Of a stretch of DNA of 64,000 nt, positions 31,496-43,196 are shown one piece after another; the first letter of the stretch is position 1, and every line of letters starts with the position of its first letter. The translations under genes and the position numbers were made by a program. Source of the DNA: Pachysolen tannophilus NRRL Y-2460 (Eukaryota); the NCBI GenBank assembly GCA_001661245.1, contig KV454012.1, positions 1,972,418-2,036,417 of the forward strand, in the 5' to 3' direction. The notes beneath the pieces are model-generated. The model saw nothing but the letters and a program-made list of their open reading frames with translations, had not been told where the DNA came from and ran no database searches.

Positions 31496-32553
31496 AGTTC
31501 GATTAACTTTTAAAAAAATTGAAACCTCATTAATGGTGATAATTCCCCTTTTCAGGTGTTTGGCTTTATATCTCTTCTTTCCACCAAGAAATAACTATTT
31601 GTAAAACACAAAAAAAAAAATAAAAAAGAAAAATAAAAAGAATTAGAATTTCTTTTAGTCACAAATAGTTAATTCAATAGGTGAAAAATTCTTAATAAAG
31701 TTTAAACAAGTGAAAAATTGAAATGATATAAACAAACCTTATATAAATGAATCCATACGGTTGAAAAACTGAATACAAATTTCTAAGGAAAACAAAACTT
31801 CAAATTTATTTATAAAAAAAATTAAAAATGTTTCAAATAAAATCCAAATTACTATTCACTTTATTCAATTTGAAATTAATTCACTATGATGGTTCTTTTT
31901 TTTAACTATTACAATGTTGTTTCTTATACCACTATTATCTCTACCTTTTTTGTTTATTCCTAAATCTGTGTTCTCTTCTCTATATGATTTGAAGATATTG
32001 ATCGCCAAAAAAAACCGCTTCAAAAAAAAAAAAAAAAAAAATTTGACTTCCTAATACGGTAATACCTAAATTTAGGTAAAACAATTTTTAACGTATCAGA
32101 GCTACTAACCAGTAAATGATAACATGAATAGTTAATTATTAGTTAAATTCTTTCTTTCTTCATTCTTGACAATGTTATTATCTCTACATAAAAGCACAGT
32201 TGAATATTGAAGACTTTATTCATGGAGTAGAAAACCTGAGAGTTAAAAAAAAAAAAAGGAAAAAAAATAAAGAAAAGAAAAGAAGAAGAAAGCAAGATAT
32301 TAATTAAAAAGAGCTTATGAACAATTTATAAAAAAACACATAACAGTCATGTAGATTCTCATAAAATAAAATAGATAATAAAATTTAAAAAAAAAATAAA
32401 GTAAAAAAAAAGTCAATTTATATATAAATTGTAATAAAGAAGTTATCATCACAGGGGCCTACTCGAAGTTGAGAGCAGAACATCCCTGGTAAAAAATTTC
32501 GTAAGTCTTTGTCGAACAAAACACAAAATGAAAATAAAACTTTAAGAGACACA

Positions 32554-32583
32554 TAATCATCGGACACGTAATCATCGGACACG
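32554..32583. repeat. 15-bp direct tandem duplication TAATCATCGGACACG x2
   Basis: Seen directly, next to an assembly gap. Confidence 0.85.
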
Positions 32584-32613
32584 TAAAACGAAAGGAAGGC
32601 AAAAAAAAAAAAA

Positions 32614-33160
32614 NAAANANANANANANNNNNNNNNNNNNNNNNNNNNNNNNNNNNNNNNNNNNNNNNNNNNNNNNNNNNNNNNNNNNNNNNNNNNNNNN
32701 NNNNNNNNNNNNNNNNNNNNNNNNNNNNNNNNNNNNNNNNNNNNNNNNNNNNNNNNNNNNNNNNNNNNNNNNNNNNNNNNNNNNNNNNNNNNNNNNNNNN
32801 NNNNNNNNNNNNNNNNNNNNNNNNNNNNNNNNNNNNNNNNNNNNNNNNNNNNNNNNNNNNNNNNNNNNNNNNNNNNNNNNNNNNNNNNNNNNNNNNNNNN
32901 NNNNNNNNNNNNNNNNNNNNNNNNNNNNNNNNNNNNNNNNNNNNNNNNNNNNNNNNNNNNNNNNNNNNNNNNNNNNNNNNNNNNNNNNNNNNNNNNNNNN
33001 NNNNNNNNNNNNNNNNNNNNNNNNNNNNNNNNNNNNNNNNNNNNNNNNNNNNNNNNNNNNNNNNNNNNNNNNNNNNNNNNNNNNNNNNNNNNNNNNNNNN
33101 NNNNNNNNNNNNNNNNNNNNNNNNNNNNNNNNNNNNNNNNNNNNNNNNNNNNNNNNNNNN
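32614..33160. other. Assembly gap
   Basis: Run of n characters after poly(A). Confidence 1.
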
Positions 33161-33211
33161 TAATTTTCTTACAAATATTGTTTTTTTTTTTTTTTACTTC
33201 TTTTTCTTTTT

Positions 33212-35464
33212 CTAATCATTAAAAGTTAGACTATGAACATTAGCAATTAGCGATTCTTCTAAGTAGTTTTGCAGCTGCTGTTGATCATTAGGTTGTTGTT
33301 GATGGAGTTGTGGGTTCTGTGAATTCTGCTGCTGGTACTGTTGTTGGTGTTGAAAATAATTCGCTTGGTTCTGATTCTGGTTCTGGTTCTGATTCATCAT
33401 CTGTTGGGAAACTGTAGGATTACTAAAGCCTTGGAATGAAGAGTTCAATGGAGTTCCCGGTGGCTGCAGATATTGTTGCTGTTGTTGTTGTTGCTGCTGC
33501 TGCTGCAGTCCAGGAACGACAGGGTTTCTTAAAACAGCCAAGTTCGACGTAGATTTATTGATATGGAAATTGCCAGCCTTGAGATTTGGTTGAGGTGAAT
33601 GTTGTATATTCATTGGAACAGATAATGGTTGATTTTGCAAAGGTGTACCAGAAGTAGATCTGTAACGTGAACTCTGTAAAGAATTATTTGCTTGTGGCAA
33701 CAAACCTAATGCGCTATGGCTATGAGATCTCAACAAAGGGTACTGCTGTTGTTGTTGCTGTTGTTGCTGCTGTTGATGTTGATGCTGATGCTGATTCTGA
33801 ATGTGATGTTGTTGTTGTTGTGGAAGGATTCCTGTATAATTCAAAACATGCGGTTGATTGGGAGAATAAGATCCTCTTCTTCTTACAATAATTAATCCTC
33901 CATCATAACTATCGATCAAATTCATGAAATTGACCAAGATTGGTATGATCTTGCGTTGATGAGGTGTAATCGATGATGGATATGCCAATTCACTATGAAC
34001 TTTATCCTTATCATCTCTGAAAAGTAAAAATTGGGAATACAATTCCAACACATCTGGATCATTAAAATCTAAAGCTGGTGGTGGTGGCAGCAATTGATTA
34101 TTAGCCGGAATTGTTGCATATAATCTATCAGGAACAATTGAAGGTTGTTGAGGAGTAATATTTAAATTCATATTGCTATTACTTATTTTCTGTTGAATAA
34201 TTCCTGCTGGAGCAGATGCAACTGAATACAAGGAAGCTAAAGAAGTAGCCGAAGCAGATCTATGTTGTTCTTCCAATTGACCTCTTTTTTCTCTTTTTTC
34301 TCTTTCAATTCTTTCTCTTTCTACCAATGGTAACATTTTTTTATATTCAACTCTTAATTTTCTACCTCCAATTTCTCTTCCATTTAATTGATTAACAACT
34401 AAAGTAGTTTCATCAGTGGAAGTAAAATTTGCAAAAGCTAAACCACGGAAGACTCCATTATCAAAATGATAATTGAATGCATATGGTAATGGTAAATTTA
34501 ATTTTGTCATAACATCCAATAATTGTTCTTTTTTAATAGCAAATGGAATATTTTTAATTACAATTGCAGTTGGAATTAATTCATCATCACCGCAACCTTC
34601 TTTATTTTCATCAGCATCTCCATTAATTGTTGAGCTTGCATCTTGTTGATTTTGAAGTTGTTGTAAATTATCATTTTGTTGGTCCTGTTGAGGGCGTTGT
34701 TGGAGTTTAGATCCAAAGCTCGATTGATCTCCTCCAGCAGCCATACTGCTTGTTAAATTAGAATTCGAGTCTATATTTGTATCCCGTGTCAACGCAGTCA
34801 TACCTAAATTCTGCATATTTAAAGCATTTGTAGAAGATTCTGAAACCAAGGGAGAAACTTGAGCTTGTTGTTCAATCCAGGGAGTAACGTTCAACATTGG
34901 ATTTGAATTTTGTTGAGGCAACCATGTTGAGTTGAATTGTAAATTCGAGTTACTCAATAGATTATTTGCATTACTTATTGGTGTTGGAGGAACGGTATTG
35001 CCGCTTCCGTTTGTAGTAATTCCATTAGTATTGCTAGAGGTACTACCTATATTTCCAGCACCTCCGCCAGCACCTCCGCCAATGCCGCCTCCCACTCCTC
35101 CTCCTACTCCTCCTACTCCTCCAACTCCTCCAACTCCTCCAACTCCTCCAACTCCTCCTATTCCTCCTATTCCCGCTCCGGAACCACTGCCGCCGCCACC
35201 ACCACCATTATTACCGCCGCCGCCGCCGCCGTTTCCGCCGGGAGTCGTATTCGTACCTCCGAAATGTCTAGATTGATTCACCCTTGAACTTAACATTGAA
35301 TTTCCTGTAGTATTCGGATGAATCGCATTAACCGAAGAGATATTCCCACCATAATTTGATGAAGTATAACCAGACGCCGAAGATAATGATGAAATAGATG
35401 GTCTTCTCTGAGTGGACAAATTTTGATCATAAGTTGGTGTTTGCGTAAATTGTCTTAAATCCAT
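33212..35464 (-). CDS. PIN4: Pin4 RNA-binding protein (RRM + R3H-like, Q/N-rich)
   Basis: AIVIKNIPFAIKKEQLL..LPLPYAFNYHFDNGVFRGLAFANF RRM and ERERIEREKREKRGQLEEQH. Poly-Q tracts and a Gly-rich insert. Confidence 0.93.
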   Translation of the reverse strand: MDLRQFTQTPTYDQNLSTQRRPSISSLSSASGYTSSNYGGNISSVNAIHPNTTGNSMLSSRVNQSRHFGGTNTTPGGNGGGGGGNNGGGGGGSGSGAGIGGIGGVGGVGGVGGVGGVGGVGGGVGGGIGGGAGGGAGNIGSTSSNTNGITTNGSGNTVPPTPISNANNLLSNSNLQFNSTWLPQQNSNPMLNVTPWIEQQAQVSPLVSESSTNALNMQNLGMTALTRDTNIDSNSNLTSSMAAGGDQSSFGSKLQQRPQQDQQNDNLQQLQNQQDASSTINGDADENKEGCGDDELIPTAIVIKNIPFAIKKEQLLDVMTKLNLPLPYAFNYHFDNGVFRGLAFANFTSTDETTLVVNQLNGREIGGRKLRVEYKKMLPLVERERIEREKREKRGQLEEQHRSASATSLASLYSVASAPAGIIQQKISNSNMNLNITPQQPSIVPDRLYATIPANNQLLPPPPALDFNDPDVLELYSQFLLFRDDKDKVHSELAYPSSITPHQRKIIPILVNFMNLIDSYDGGLIIVRRRGSYSPNQPHVLNYTGILPQQQQHHIQNQHQHQHQQQQQQQQQQQYPLLRSHSHSALGLLPQANNSLQSSRYRSTSGTPLQNQPLSVPMNIQHSPQPNLKAGNFHINKSTSNLAVLRNPVVPGLQQQQQQQQQQQYLQPPGTPLNSSFQGFSNPTVSQQMMNQNQNQNQNQANYFQHQQQYQQQNSQNPQLHQQQPNDQQQLQNYLEESLIANVHSLTFND

Positions 35465-35581
35465 TATATCGTAAATTAAAGCGTGACGTAAAAATTAAGC
35501 AAAAAAAGCAAGTATTGGAAAATAAATAATTGAAATTGAATTAACTGTTCAAGAATATACCGAACCCCAATTCGTTAAGAG

Positions 35582-35615
<34 letters not shown>

Positions 35616-36749
35616 ATTAATAATAATATTAATTTGAAATAAAAAAAAATAAAAAAAAAAAAAAAAAGAGAAAAATATCTAGTTAGTTAGTTAAAAAAAA
35701 TGTCTCTTTTTTTTTATTTCAAATAATTTCAATGCAAATATTAATCTGTAATGATACTAATGAGAGGAAATCAGCAAAAAATGTGTATTGCCAATATTGA
35801 TGATTATCTTAAAATGATGATAATTCTAAAATACTTTTAATTTTTTTTTATTTTTAAAAAAAAAAAAAAAAAATTTTGTGTTTTTATTTTTTTTCCAAAT
35901 CTTTTCTAATATTAATTGAATTAAAATGATCTTTTCTCGATCACTAGTGTATACAATGAACAAACAAAAATTTTATTACAATTCATTCACAATATTATCA
36001 AGCAATATCAAAGAAACTAAAGAGAAGAAAAAAGAAAATCTTTTTAAAAAAATTTTTTTTTTGAAAATAAAATAGAAATTCTAATCAACTGTTCAACTGT
36101 TCAACTGTTGGAAAAAAAGACAAAAAAATAGAAAAAAATTTAAAAAATTAAAAAAAGAAAAAAACGGTTTTTTTTCTCTCTCTCTTTAACTTAATTAAAA
36201 ACTCTTTTTTTAATAATATCTTTTAATAGAATATAAAAGCACAAAAACAAGTAAAGAAAAATAAAAGTAAAAGAAAATATATATATATATATTATATAAT
36301 TTAAAGCTTTTACTCTATCAAATAAAAAATGTTATTACCAATTATGACGTTTTTAATAAAAATGATTGATCGTAATATTAATTTACTCAATTCTAGTTGG
36401 TTTTCTAAGATTTAAAAGATTTCTTTTAGGTTTTTTCTGCCTTTTTGTAAAAAACAAAAGTCGTTTGGTCAAAATCAAAATGGGTATAAAGACTCAAGTT
36501 GAGATTCTAGCTTTAGTAAAGCTATACTTTTATTTGTGGTCTACACTTTGTACAAATCTATGATCTATACTTTACGGTATATGGTTGATTTTGATTCTAT
36601 TTTCTTGATCTTGAATTTGGCCTACTCTAAATTATAACTTGTACTTCTTAGTTCCAAATTTACACTCTTATGTAACATACGTAAATTTGTGTATCTGTGT
36701 TTCTTTCTACCTAAATGTGTAGAGAGCGGTGGTAGGGCGGGCGGTGTTG

Positions 36750-36757
36750 CCGGGTAA
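36750..36757. promoter_or_regulatory. Reb1 consensus site CCGGGTAA in a GC-rich patch of the PIN4/SBH divergent promoter
   Basis: Exact match. Confidence 0.55.
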
Positions 36758-37158
36758 AAATGAAAAATAAAGGAGAAAGGCAGACTAGACTGTCCAGAAA
36801 GAAAAAAAGAAGAAATTGATTGTATTTTTTTACTTTTACTCTTCTTTTTTTAACACAATCTTCACGACTCTTTTGCTTATATTTTTACAACGTTTTTCAA
36901 AAATTTACGTTTTCTTGTGTGTGTGTTTTTTTTCATTGAATTTTCAACACTATCTGGGAAAATATAAAATGTTAGTATTAAAGTGGTGAATGTATGGAAC
37001 GTATATATGTGTGTATGTACAATTATAACTAACTATATATAATATTACAAAATAACGTTGGTTAACAAATTAAAAAAAAATTAATTAGATTATTTTTAAC
37101 TAAAGTTATATTTTAATAAGATTTTATTAAATTAAATTATTAATTTAGAAACATAATA

Positions 37159-37516
37159 ATGGTAAGTATTATTATTAGCCTTTAGTATTTAACTTTTCTT
37201 TTATATATATATATATGTTAATATTTACTAACTTTATATTCAATCGATATAGTCACAAGTTCCAGGTGGTCAAAAGACATTACAAAAAAGACATGCAAGA
37301 GCAGAGAAGAAACAACAACTTTCACTGCAAACACCAACTTCAACAAGATCAGCAGGTGCAGGTGGGTCATCATCAACGTTATTGAAATTATTTACAGATG
37401 AAGCTCAAGGATTAAAAGTTGATCCATTAGTTGTCTTGGTCTTAGCTGTTGGTTTTATATTTAGTGTTGTTATCTTACATATTATTGCAAAATTAACAGG
37501 TAAATTTATCTCTTAG
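37159..37516 (+). CDS. SBH1: Sec61 translocon beta subunit (88 aa); exons 37159-37161 (ATG only) and 37253-37516
   Basis: ATG|GTAAGT donor, TACTAAC at 37226-37232, TAG acceptor ending 37252. Spliced product: MSQVPGGQKTLQKR..QTPTSTRSAGAGGSSSTLLKLFTDEAQGLKVDPLVVLVLAVGFIFSVVILH. Absent from the ORF track. SBH1 versus SBH2 cannot be resolved. Confidence 0.95.
37162..37252 (+). other. Spliceosomal intron in SBH1 (91 nt)
   Basis: GTAAGT...TACTAAC...TAG. Confidence 0.95.
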
Positions 37517-37651
37517 GATAAGGATAAAAAAATAAGTTTATTTTAACCACAGTTTTTTGTTATTTTGCTTTTTTATAGTTAATGTATTACTTTTATTCAA
37601 ACTATGTACAAGTAAAAACAAGATTTAAAAAAATGAGACCTAGATCTATAT

Positions 37652-39540
37652 CTATAAATCTTTTAATAATGACTTGATAACATCAACTAATCCATCTATA
37701 TGTACAATATGCTTTTCGGGACAATCTTTATTGTTAATATCTTTAATTATTTCCCATTGATATTGTTTTTCTTTTTCCTTAAATAATTTTTCAATTTCTA
37801 ATTCTTTTGTTATATATCTTTTACCTCTAACTTCAATTTCAATTTTAGGGAAAAGTTTACCTACAATTATTTGTAATGGAATACCCAACATCTTACTTTC
37901 TTTTAATTTCTTTCCAACTGAAATATTTGTTAAATCTCTAACATCTTCTTCAATTTTAAAACCTTGATTCTTCAATTCTTGAAATATTAAATCAAATTGA
38001 TTTATTCGTTCTCCAGGTGCATGTATAACAGTTATATGGTACGGAGCAATCACTGCAGGCCAATTTAAACCAATTTCATCTCTTGTAACTTCAGCTATAG
38101 CTGCAATTAATCTAGAAACTCCAATACCATAACATCCCATTAAAAATTTTTTCGAAATACCATCTTCATCTATAAATTGTGCATTCATCGATTTAGAATA
38201 TCGATCACCTAAATAAAAAGTATGCCCAACTTCAATTGATTTATGAGCTTTTAAAGTTCCATTTTCACATTTACCACAAATTTCACCCTCTTGAGCTTCA
38301 ACTAATGGAATATCAGTTAAAGTAGAAAATGAACCACGATGATATGGTACTTTCATATCGGGGAAATTTGATCTATCATGTAATCTACAATCCATTACAC
38401 GTACAATCTGTTTTGTTAAAAAAGATTCTTCATCTTCAAGAAATTTTGAAATTATTTCATCTTCATTTGTTTTCGTAAAATCAACATCAGGAACTTGTTC
38501 ACTAACAAAATTGGGAACTAAAGTTCTTCCAGCTGGATAATATAAACAAACTAAAGTATTATTATCCTTGGTTAAATAATATTTAACTTTTGCCTCATCA
38601 GCAAGTTTTGTATCTTCTTGTGGGAAAGATAATGCAACTTCAACATTTGAAACTGTATTACATTCATCACAAACTAATAACGTATCTTCTCCAGTATTAT
38701 GAATATAATGCCATTCAAGTGATAAATTCCCACCAATATCACCTGAATCTGCCTTTGCTGATGTAAAAGGTATCTTTAAATCAGAAAAAATTTTTTTATA
38801 TGCTTCATTAACTTTTTCAAAAAAAAATAATGCATCTTCTTCATCTTTATGGAAAGAATATGCATCTTTCATTATAAATTCTCTACCTCTTAATAATCCT
38901 GCTCTAGGTCTCTTTTCATCTCTATATTTTCTAGTAATCTGATAAACCATAAGTGGTAAATTTTTATAAGAATTAATTTGATTATTAATGATAGCAGTAA
39001 TTTCTTCTTCACATGTAGGAACTAAACAATAATCATTTTGTTTTGAATCTTTTAATTTAAACAATTCGTTGTTATTCCACCTTCCAGTTTTCTTCCAAAC
39101 ATCAGAATTTGAAAGTGTTGATAAAGAAACTTCAATTCCATCAATTTCACGCATTCTCTTATGTATAATATTTTCAATTGATCTTAATACACTCAACCCT
39201 AAGGGCAACCAGTGGACCAAACCAGCATTAGGTTGTTTAATATACCCAAGTTTCTGTAAAAGCTCATGCGTAGGCAATTCAGATATCACTTTTGAATTTA
39301 GTTTCTGTGAAGTGGTAAAAATATGTGAATTATTCAGTGTAATGGTCGATCCAAATCTCTTGGAAATTTTAGAAATCTAAACAATTAAAATTTTAAGAAT
39401 TAACATTAGTAAATTTTTCTAATTTATCATCTTCCCCTTCTTCTTCTTCTTCTTCTTCTTCTCTATACAGTAACAGTACTCACTTTAAATCCTTCCAAAC
39501 CCCAGGAACATGGCCTAGGCACTTTACTGACTCTTAGCAT
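37652..39540 (-). CDS. AIM10: Mitochondrial prolyl-tRNA synthetase (593 aa); exons 39540-39484 and 39376-37652
   Basis: Class II aaRS motifs KYRDEKRPRAGLLRGREFIMKDAYSF, IEVGHTFYLG and MGCYGIGVSR. The predicted exon 1 MLRVSKVPRPCSWGLEGFK joins in frame to ISKISKRFGS, giving a basic presequence-like N-terminus. Confidence 0.9.
39377..39483 (-). other. Predicted intron in the mitochondrial ProRS gene (107 nt)
   Basis: Donor GTGAGT, branch TACTAAT (39411-39405), TAG acceptor. Removing it supplies an in-frame ATG; the ORF track had only a GTG start. Confidence 0.8.
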
Positions 39541-40113
39541 CTTTGGAACATATATATCTCGTCTATTGAATAATCATATAAAACTATAAAAAAACCATAC
39601 ATTTTCTCTTGGTTTTCCCCCAAATCTGCAATTGAGAAAAAAACAAGGTAGTGCTTCCAAACCTCAAGATCCAATTAAGGAAGTTTGATTTTGTGAAAAC
39701 TACTTTTTGCATGTTGCTAATTTTTTTTTCTTTTTCTTTCTTTTTTAACTCTTTTGCGCTCATAGTGATCATAGATATCTTTGCTCTTTATTATGATTAC
39801 TACTAGATATTTAGTAATTATAATAATTTGTATTGTAGGAAGAGCAACTTTAACTTATGCGATGTGATTATGCTTGATGATTGTAATTTATGTCATAGCA
39901 TACATATTTTGTTATTGTTTAAATCATGATATAGAAGCCTATGGAATTTTTTGTAATACGACTTAGTAAAGTTGCTCCTTTATTGAATTGAGCTTAAATC
40001 TAACCTATAAATACCTATAGACCTTATTTAAGTTGAATTAATCTTTTATTTGTTTAAATTTAATTTGAAATATTAATATTAATAATAACAATAAGAGAAA
40101 TTTATAAGGAAAT

Positions 40114-40650
40114 ATGATTAGAACAACAATTTTAGCACAAACGCCATTAGTTACAAGAGTTTCTGGTCGAGTCTGTGCTCGTGGTTTACCATTATCGGCA
40201 ACTTCAGCACTGGTATTACGCCAAAAGCATACTATTGTTGATTCTGCAAAAGAGACTTTACAGAATTTGAATAAAAAAATAGGTGAAGTTGCTGCAAGTG
40301 GTATTGATCAAGCTCAAAAGACAACCAATGAAGCCTCGGAAAAAGTGCATGAAGCTACTGAAAGCTCACCAGCACTGAAGCGTATGAAAGAAGGTACTGA
40401 AGAGAAGTTGCATGATTTAAACATTAAAGCAGGTCAAGCAGCAGCACTGGGTGTGGATACTGTTTCGAAAGAAGCTCCAAAAGTCAAGGACACAATTAAA
40501 TCAACTCAAAGTGCCACTGATGAGATCTCTGAGCATAATCTTAATGCAGGAAAAAAACATGTTCAGGATAATATCGCCGGTTATAAAGATTTGAAAGATA
40601 AAGGTATAAAATCTTACAGTGAACAAAATCGTCCTGAAGATTTGATGTGA
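40114..40650 (+). CDS. Fmp16-like small mitochondrial stress protein with LEA-like helical repeats
   Basis: Arg-rich presequence MIRTTILAQTPLVTRVSGR. The C-terminal GYKDLKDKG..EQNRPED resembles Fmp16 as I recall it. Internal repeat: NLNKKIGEVAASGID / DLNIKAGQAAA[A]GVD. Confidence 0.6.
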   Translation: MIRTTILAQTPLVTRVSGRVCARGLPLSATSALVLRQKHTIVDSAKETLQNLNKKIGEVAASGIDQAQKTTNEASEKVHEATESSPALKRMKEGTEEKLHDLNIKAGQAAALGVDTVSKEAPKVKDTIKSTQSATDEISEHNLNAGKKHVQDNIAGYKDLKDKGIKSYSEQNRPEDLM

Positions 40651-41055
40651 TTTATTTTTGTTTTTATTTTTTTATTTGACCATTTGATTTTCATTAACTC
40701 GTTTTAACAGTTTTGTTTAACACTTTTCAACCATTTTTTATTATCATTGGTTGCATGCAAGCTAGTTAATTGGTTGACACCCCCTTTTTTTTGTTTTAAC
40801 CTACTTTCCATTTTACACTTAAATAAAAGGGGAGATTGCTACCTTGCTAACTATAAATTTGCATGCTATTTTTTTTTTTTTTTTATTATAATTATAATTA
40901 TTATTATTTTATTTTTAAACACCTAACAATATATTTATTTAACTTATGATATTATAAAAAAAAAATTGTAGATTCTTGTTTTGCGAGTAAGCTTATTTTT
41001 GATAATTTAATATGGTTATTTTATATTACAAAAATTAAAAAACCCCAGTAGTAAT

Positions 41056-42488
41056 TTATTTTAAGTTTTTAAATTCTTCTACCATTGTATTATTACCTTC
41101 ATTATTAATTGTCTTGGTAGCACTAGGACTACTAACACTTGATGATTTTGGACTACCACTTCTTTTAATAATTTCCAAATAATTATAAGGGACAAAACCA
41201 ACCTTCCCATCTCTTGATCTACATTTCCACCATTTTGATTCTTGACCAGTCATAGAATCAACTTTTGATAAAATTGCAACCAAATCTTTTTTTTTCAATT
41301 CTAATTCAATTTGTTTATTTTCTGGGTTAAAATCATATAATGCTCTAGCGAATTCCAATTTTATAGGATCAATTGTAGATCCAGGTAATGATGAAGTAGA
41401 ACTGGAATCCATCTGAGCTCTATAACCTTGTTGACGTTGTTGTTGTTGTTGTTGTTGTTGCTGTATAAGTGATAATTGATGAATTAATTTTTTCAATAAA
41501 TATGGGAATCCAAATATAGCTGCAATAAACACCAATAAAGGTTTTAAAGATATTCTATTTGAAGAAACTTTAGTATCTTTTAATAGATTTTGTTTATCTT
41601 GAAATTTTTTAAACTCTCCTGGAGTTATCTTTAAATAATTTTTATCACCATTAACTTTACCTAACATTTTTTTTAACCAGTTTACTAATGCAAATATACC
41701 TAATAGTGAACCTAAAGCATTTTTTAAATGTGAAAATTGTTCAGCAACAGAAATCATTGTGAAAAATGAATTATGTGTAGCCATATAAGTTGATTCTAAC
41801 ATTTGTGCAAACCCTCCTACAGCACCTATTATACTTTCTATTAGTTGAAATGTAGCTTCAGTACTTTGAGAAAAACTATTATTATTTGCCATTCCAGCAC
41901 CTGCACCTCCACCATACATTCCACCTCCATAAAGCCCACCGTACCCTCCAGTACCCATACCACCATACATTGATGAACCATAACCACCAAACCCACCTAG
42001 TGAGCCGTAACCACCACCCATTCCATATCTTGAGCCATAACTCCCATACCCTCCTCCATACCCACCACCATAAGGTGAAGATCCATAACCTGAAGAGTAG
42101 TTATTCGATAAACCATAAGGAGAATATGCAGAAGTCGAAGATAAGTTTTCCGAATTCGATAAGGATGTTGGTTTCGTTGGGATTTCAGGAGAAGTAGATG
42201 ATCCTGATGTTCGACCTTCATTAGGGGTATTAATATTATCACTATTAGTCAACGCCGAAGATACACGCCCTGAATTATTTGATGAATCAGCAGTTAAATA
42301 TCCTGGGGCTAAATCACAAATTTTAAGAAACATTATCAGTTAGTATGTTTGATGTTTTGATGCTTGGTCATTCATAAAAATATTCACCATAATATTTGAA
42401 AAAGAAAAAAAATAAAAAATAAAAAAAACATACCAGTTGCAGGAGTTCCAGAAGAAACTTCCCAAGGCTTTGGTCTTGGTTGTGACAT
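41056..42488 (-). CDS. PEX13: Peroxin Pex13 (435 aa); exons 42488-42434 and 42308-41056
   Basis: Exon 1 encodes MSQPRPKPWE, including the conserved KPWE motif. YG-rich region, STEATFQLIESIIGAVGGFAQMLESTYMATHNSF and a C-terminal SH3 (ALYDF..WW..GFVPYNYL). Confidence 0.97.
42309..42433 (-). other. Spliceosomal intron in PEX13 (125 nt)
   Basis: GTATGT donor, TACTAAC at 42345-42339, TAG acceptor. The phase-1 join G|CC keeps the frame. Confidence 0.93.
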
Positions 42489-42773
42489 TATATTTTTTTA
42501 AAGAATATATTTATGATTAAGATAAGAAATTCATAACATCAATTAATAAAAGCAAATTTATGAGAGAAAAAAAAATGAATCTACAAATTTCCGGTCGTGT
42601 ACAAGTTGTTATATGTTTTACAATATGGTATATATAATATATAGTAATAAATACATGATGATAATAATGATGAATTAAAAACTAACAAAGGTAAAGAATT
42701 GAAGCAATAATAAGCTGAATAGCATTACAATGTTAATAAGATGGAACCTTAAAATATTTTTTTTTTTTTTTTT

Positions 42774-43156
42774 NNNNNNNNNNNNNNNNNNNNNNNNNNN
42801 NNNNNNNNNNNNNNNNNNNNNNNNNNNNNNNNNNNNNNNNNNNNNNNNNNNNNNNNNNNNNNNNNNNNNNNNNNNNNNNNNNNNNNNNNNNNNNNNNNNN
42901 NNNNNNNNNNNNNNNNNNNNNNNNNNNNNNNNNNNNNNNNNNNNNNNNNNNNNNNNNNNNNNNNNNNNNNNNNNNNNNNNNNNNNNNNNNNNNNNNNNNN
43001 NNNNNNNNNNNNNNNNNNNNNNNNNNNNNNNNNNNNNNNNNNNNNNNNNNNNNNNNNNNNNNNNNNNNNNNNNNNNNNNNNNNNNNNNNNNNNNNNNNNN
43101 NNNNNNNNNNNNNNNNNNNNNNNNNNNNNNNNNNNNNNNNNNNNNNNNNNNNNNNN
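42774..43156. other. Assembly gap
   Basis: Run of n characters flanked by poly(T). Confidence 1.
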
Positions 43157-43196
43157 GTTTTTTTTTTTTTTTTTTTTTTCGTTTTTTTTTTCATCT

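Noticed and set aside
32440..32600. Possible snoRNA near the 15-bp duplication
   Set aside because: No properly arranged C/D or H/ACA boxes. It lies beside an assembly gap and is probably 3'-UTR or intergenic sequence.
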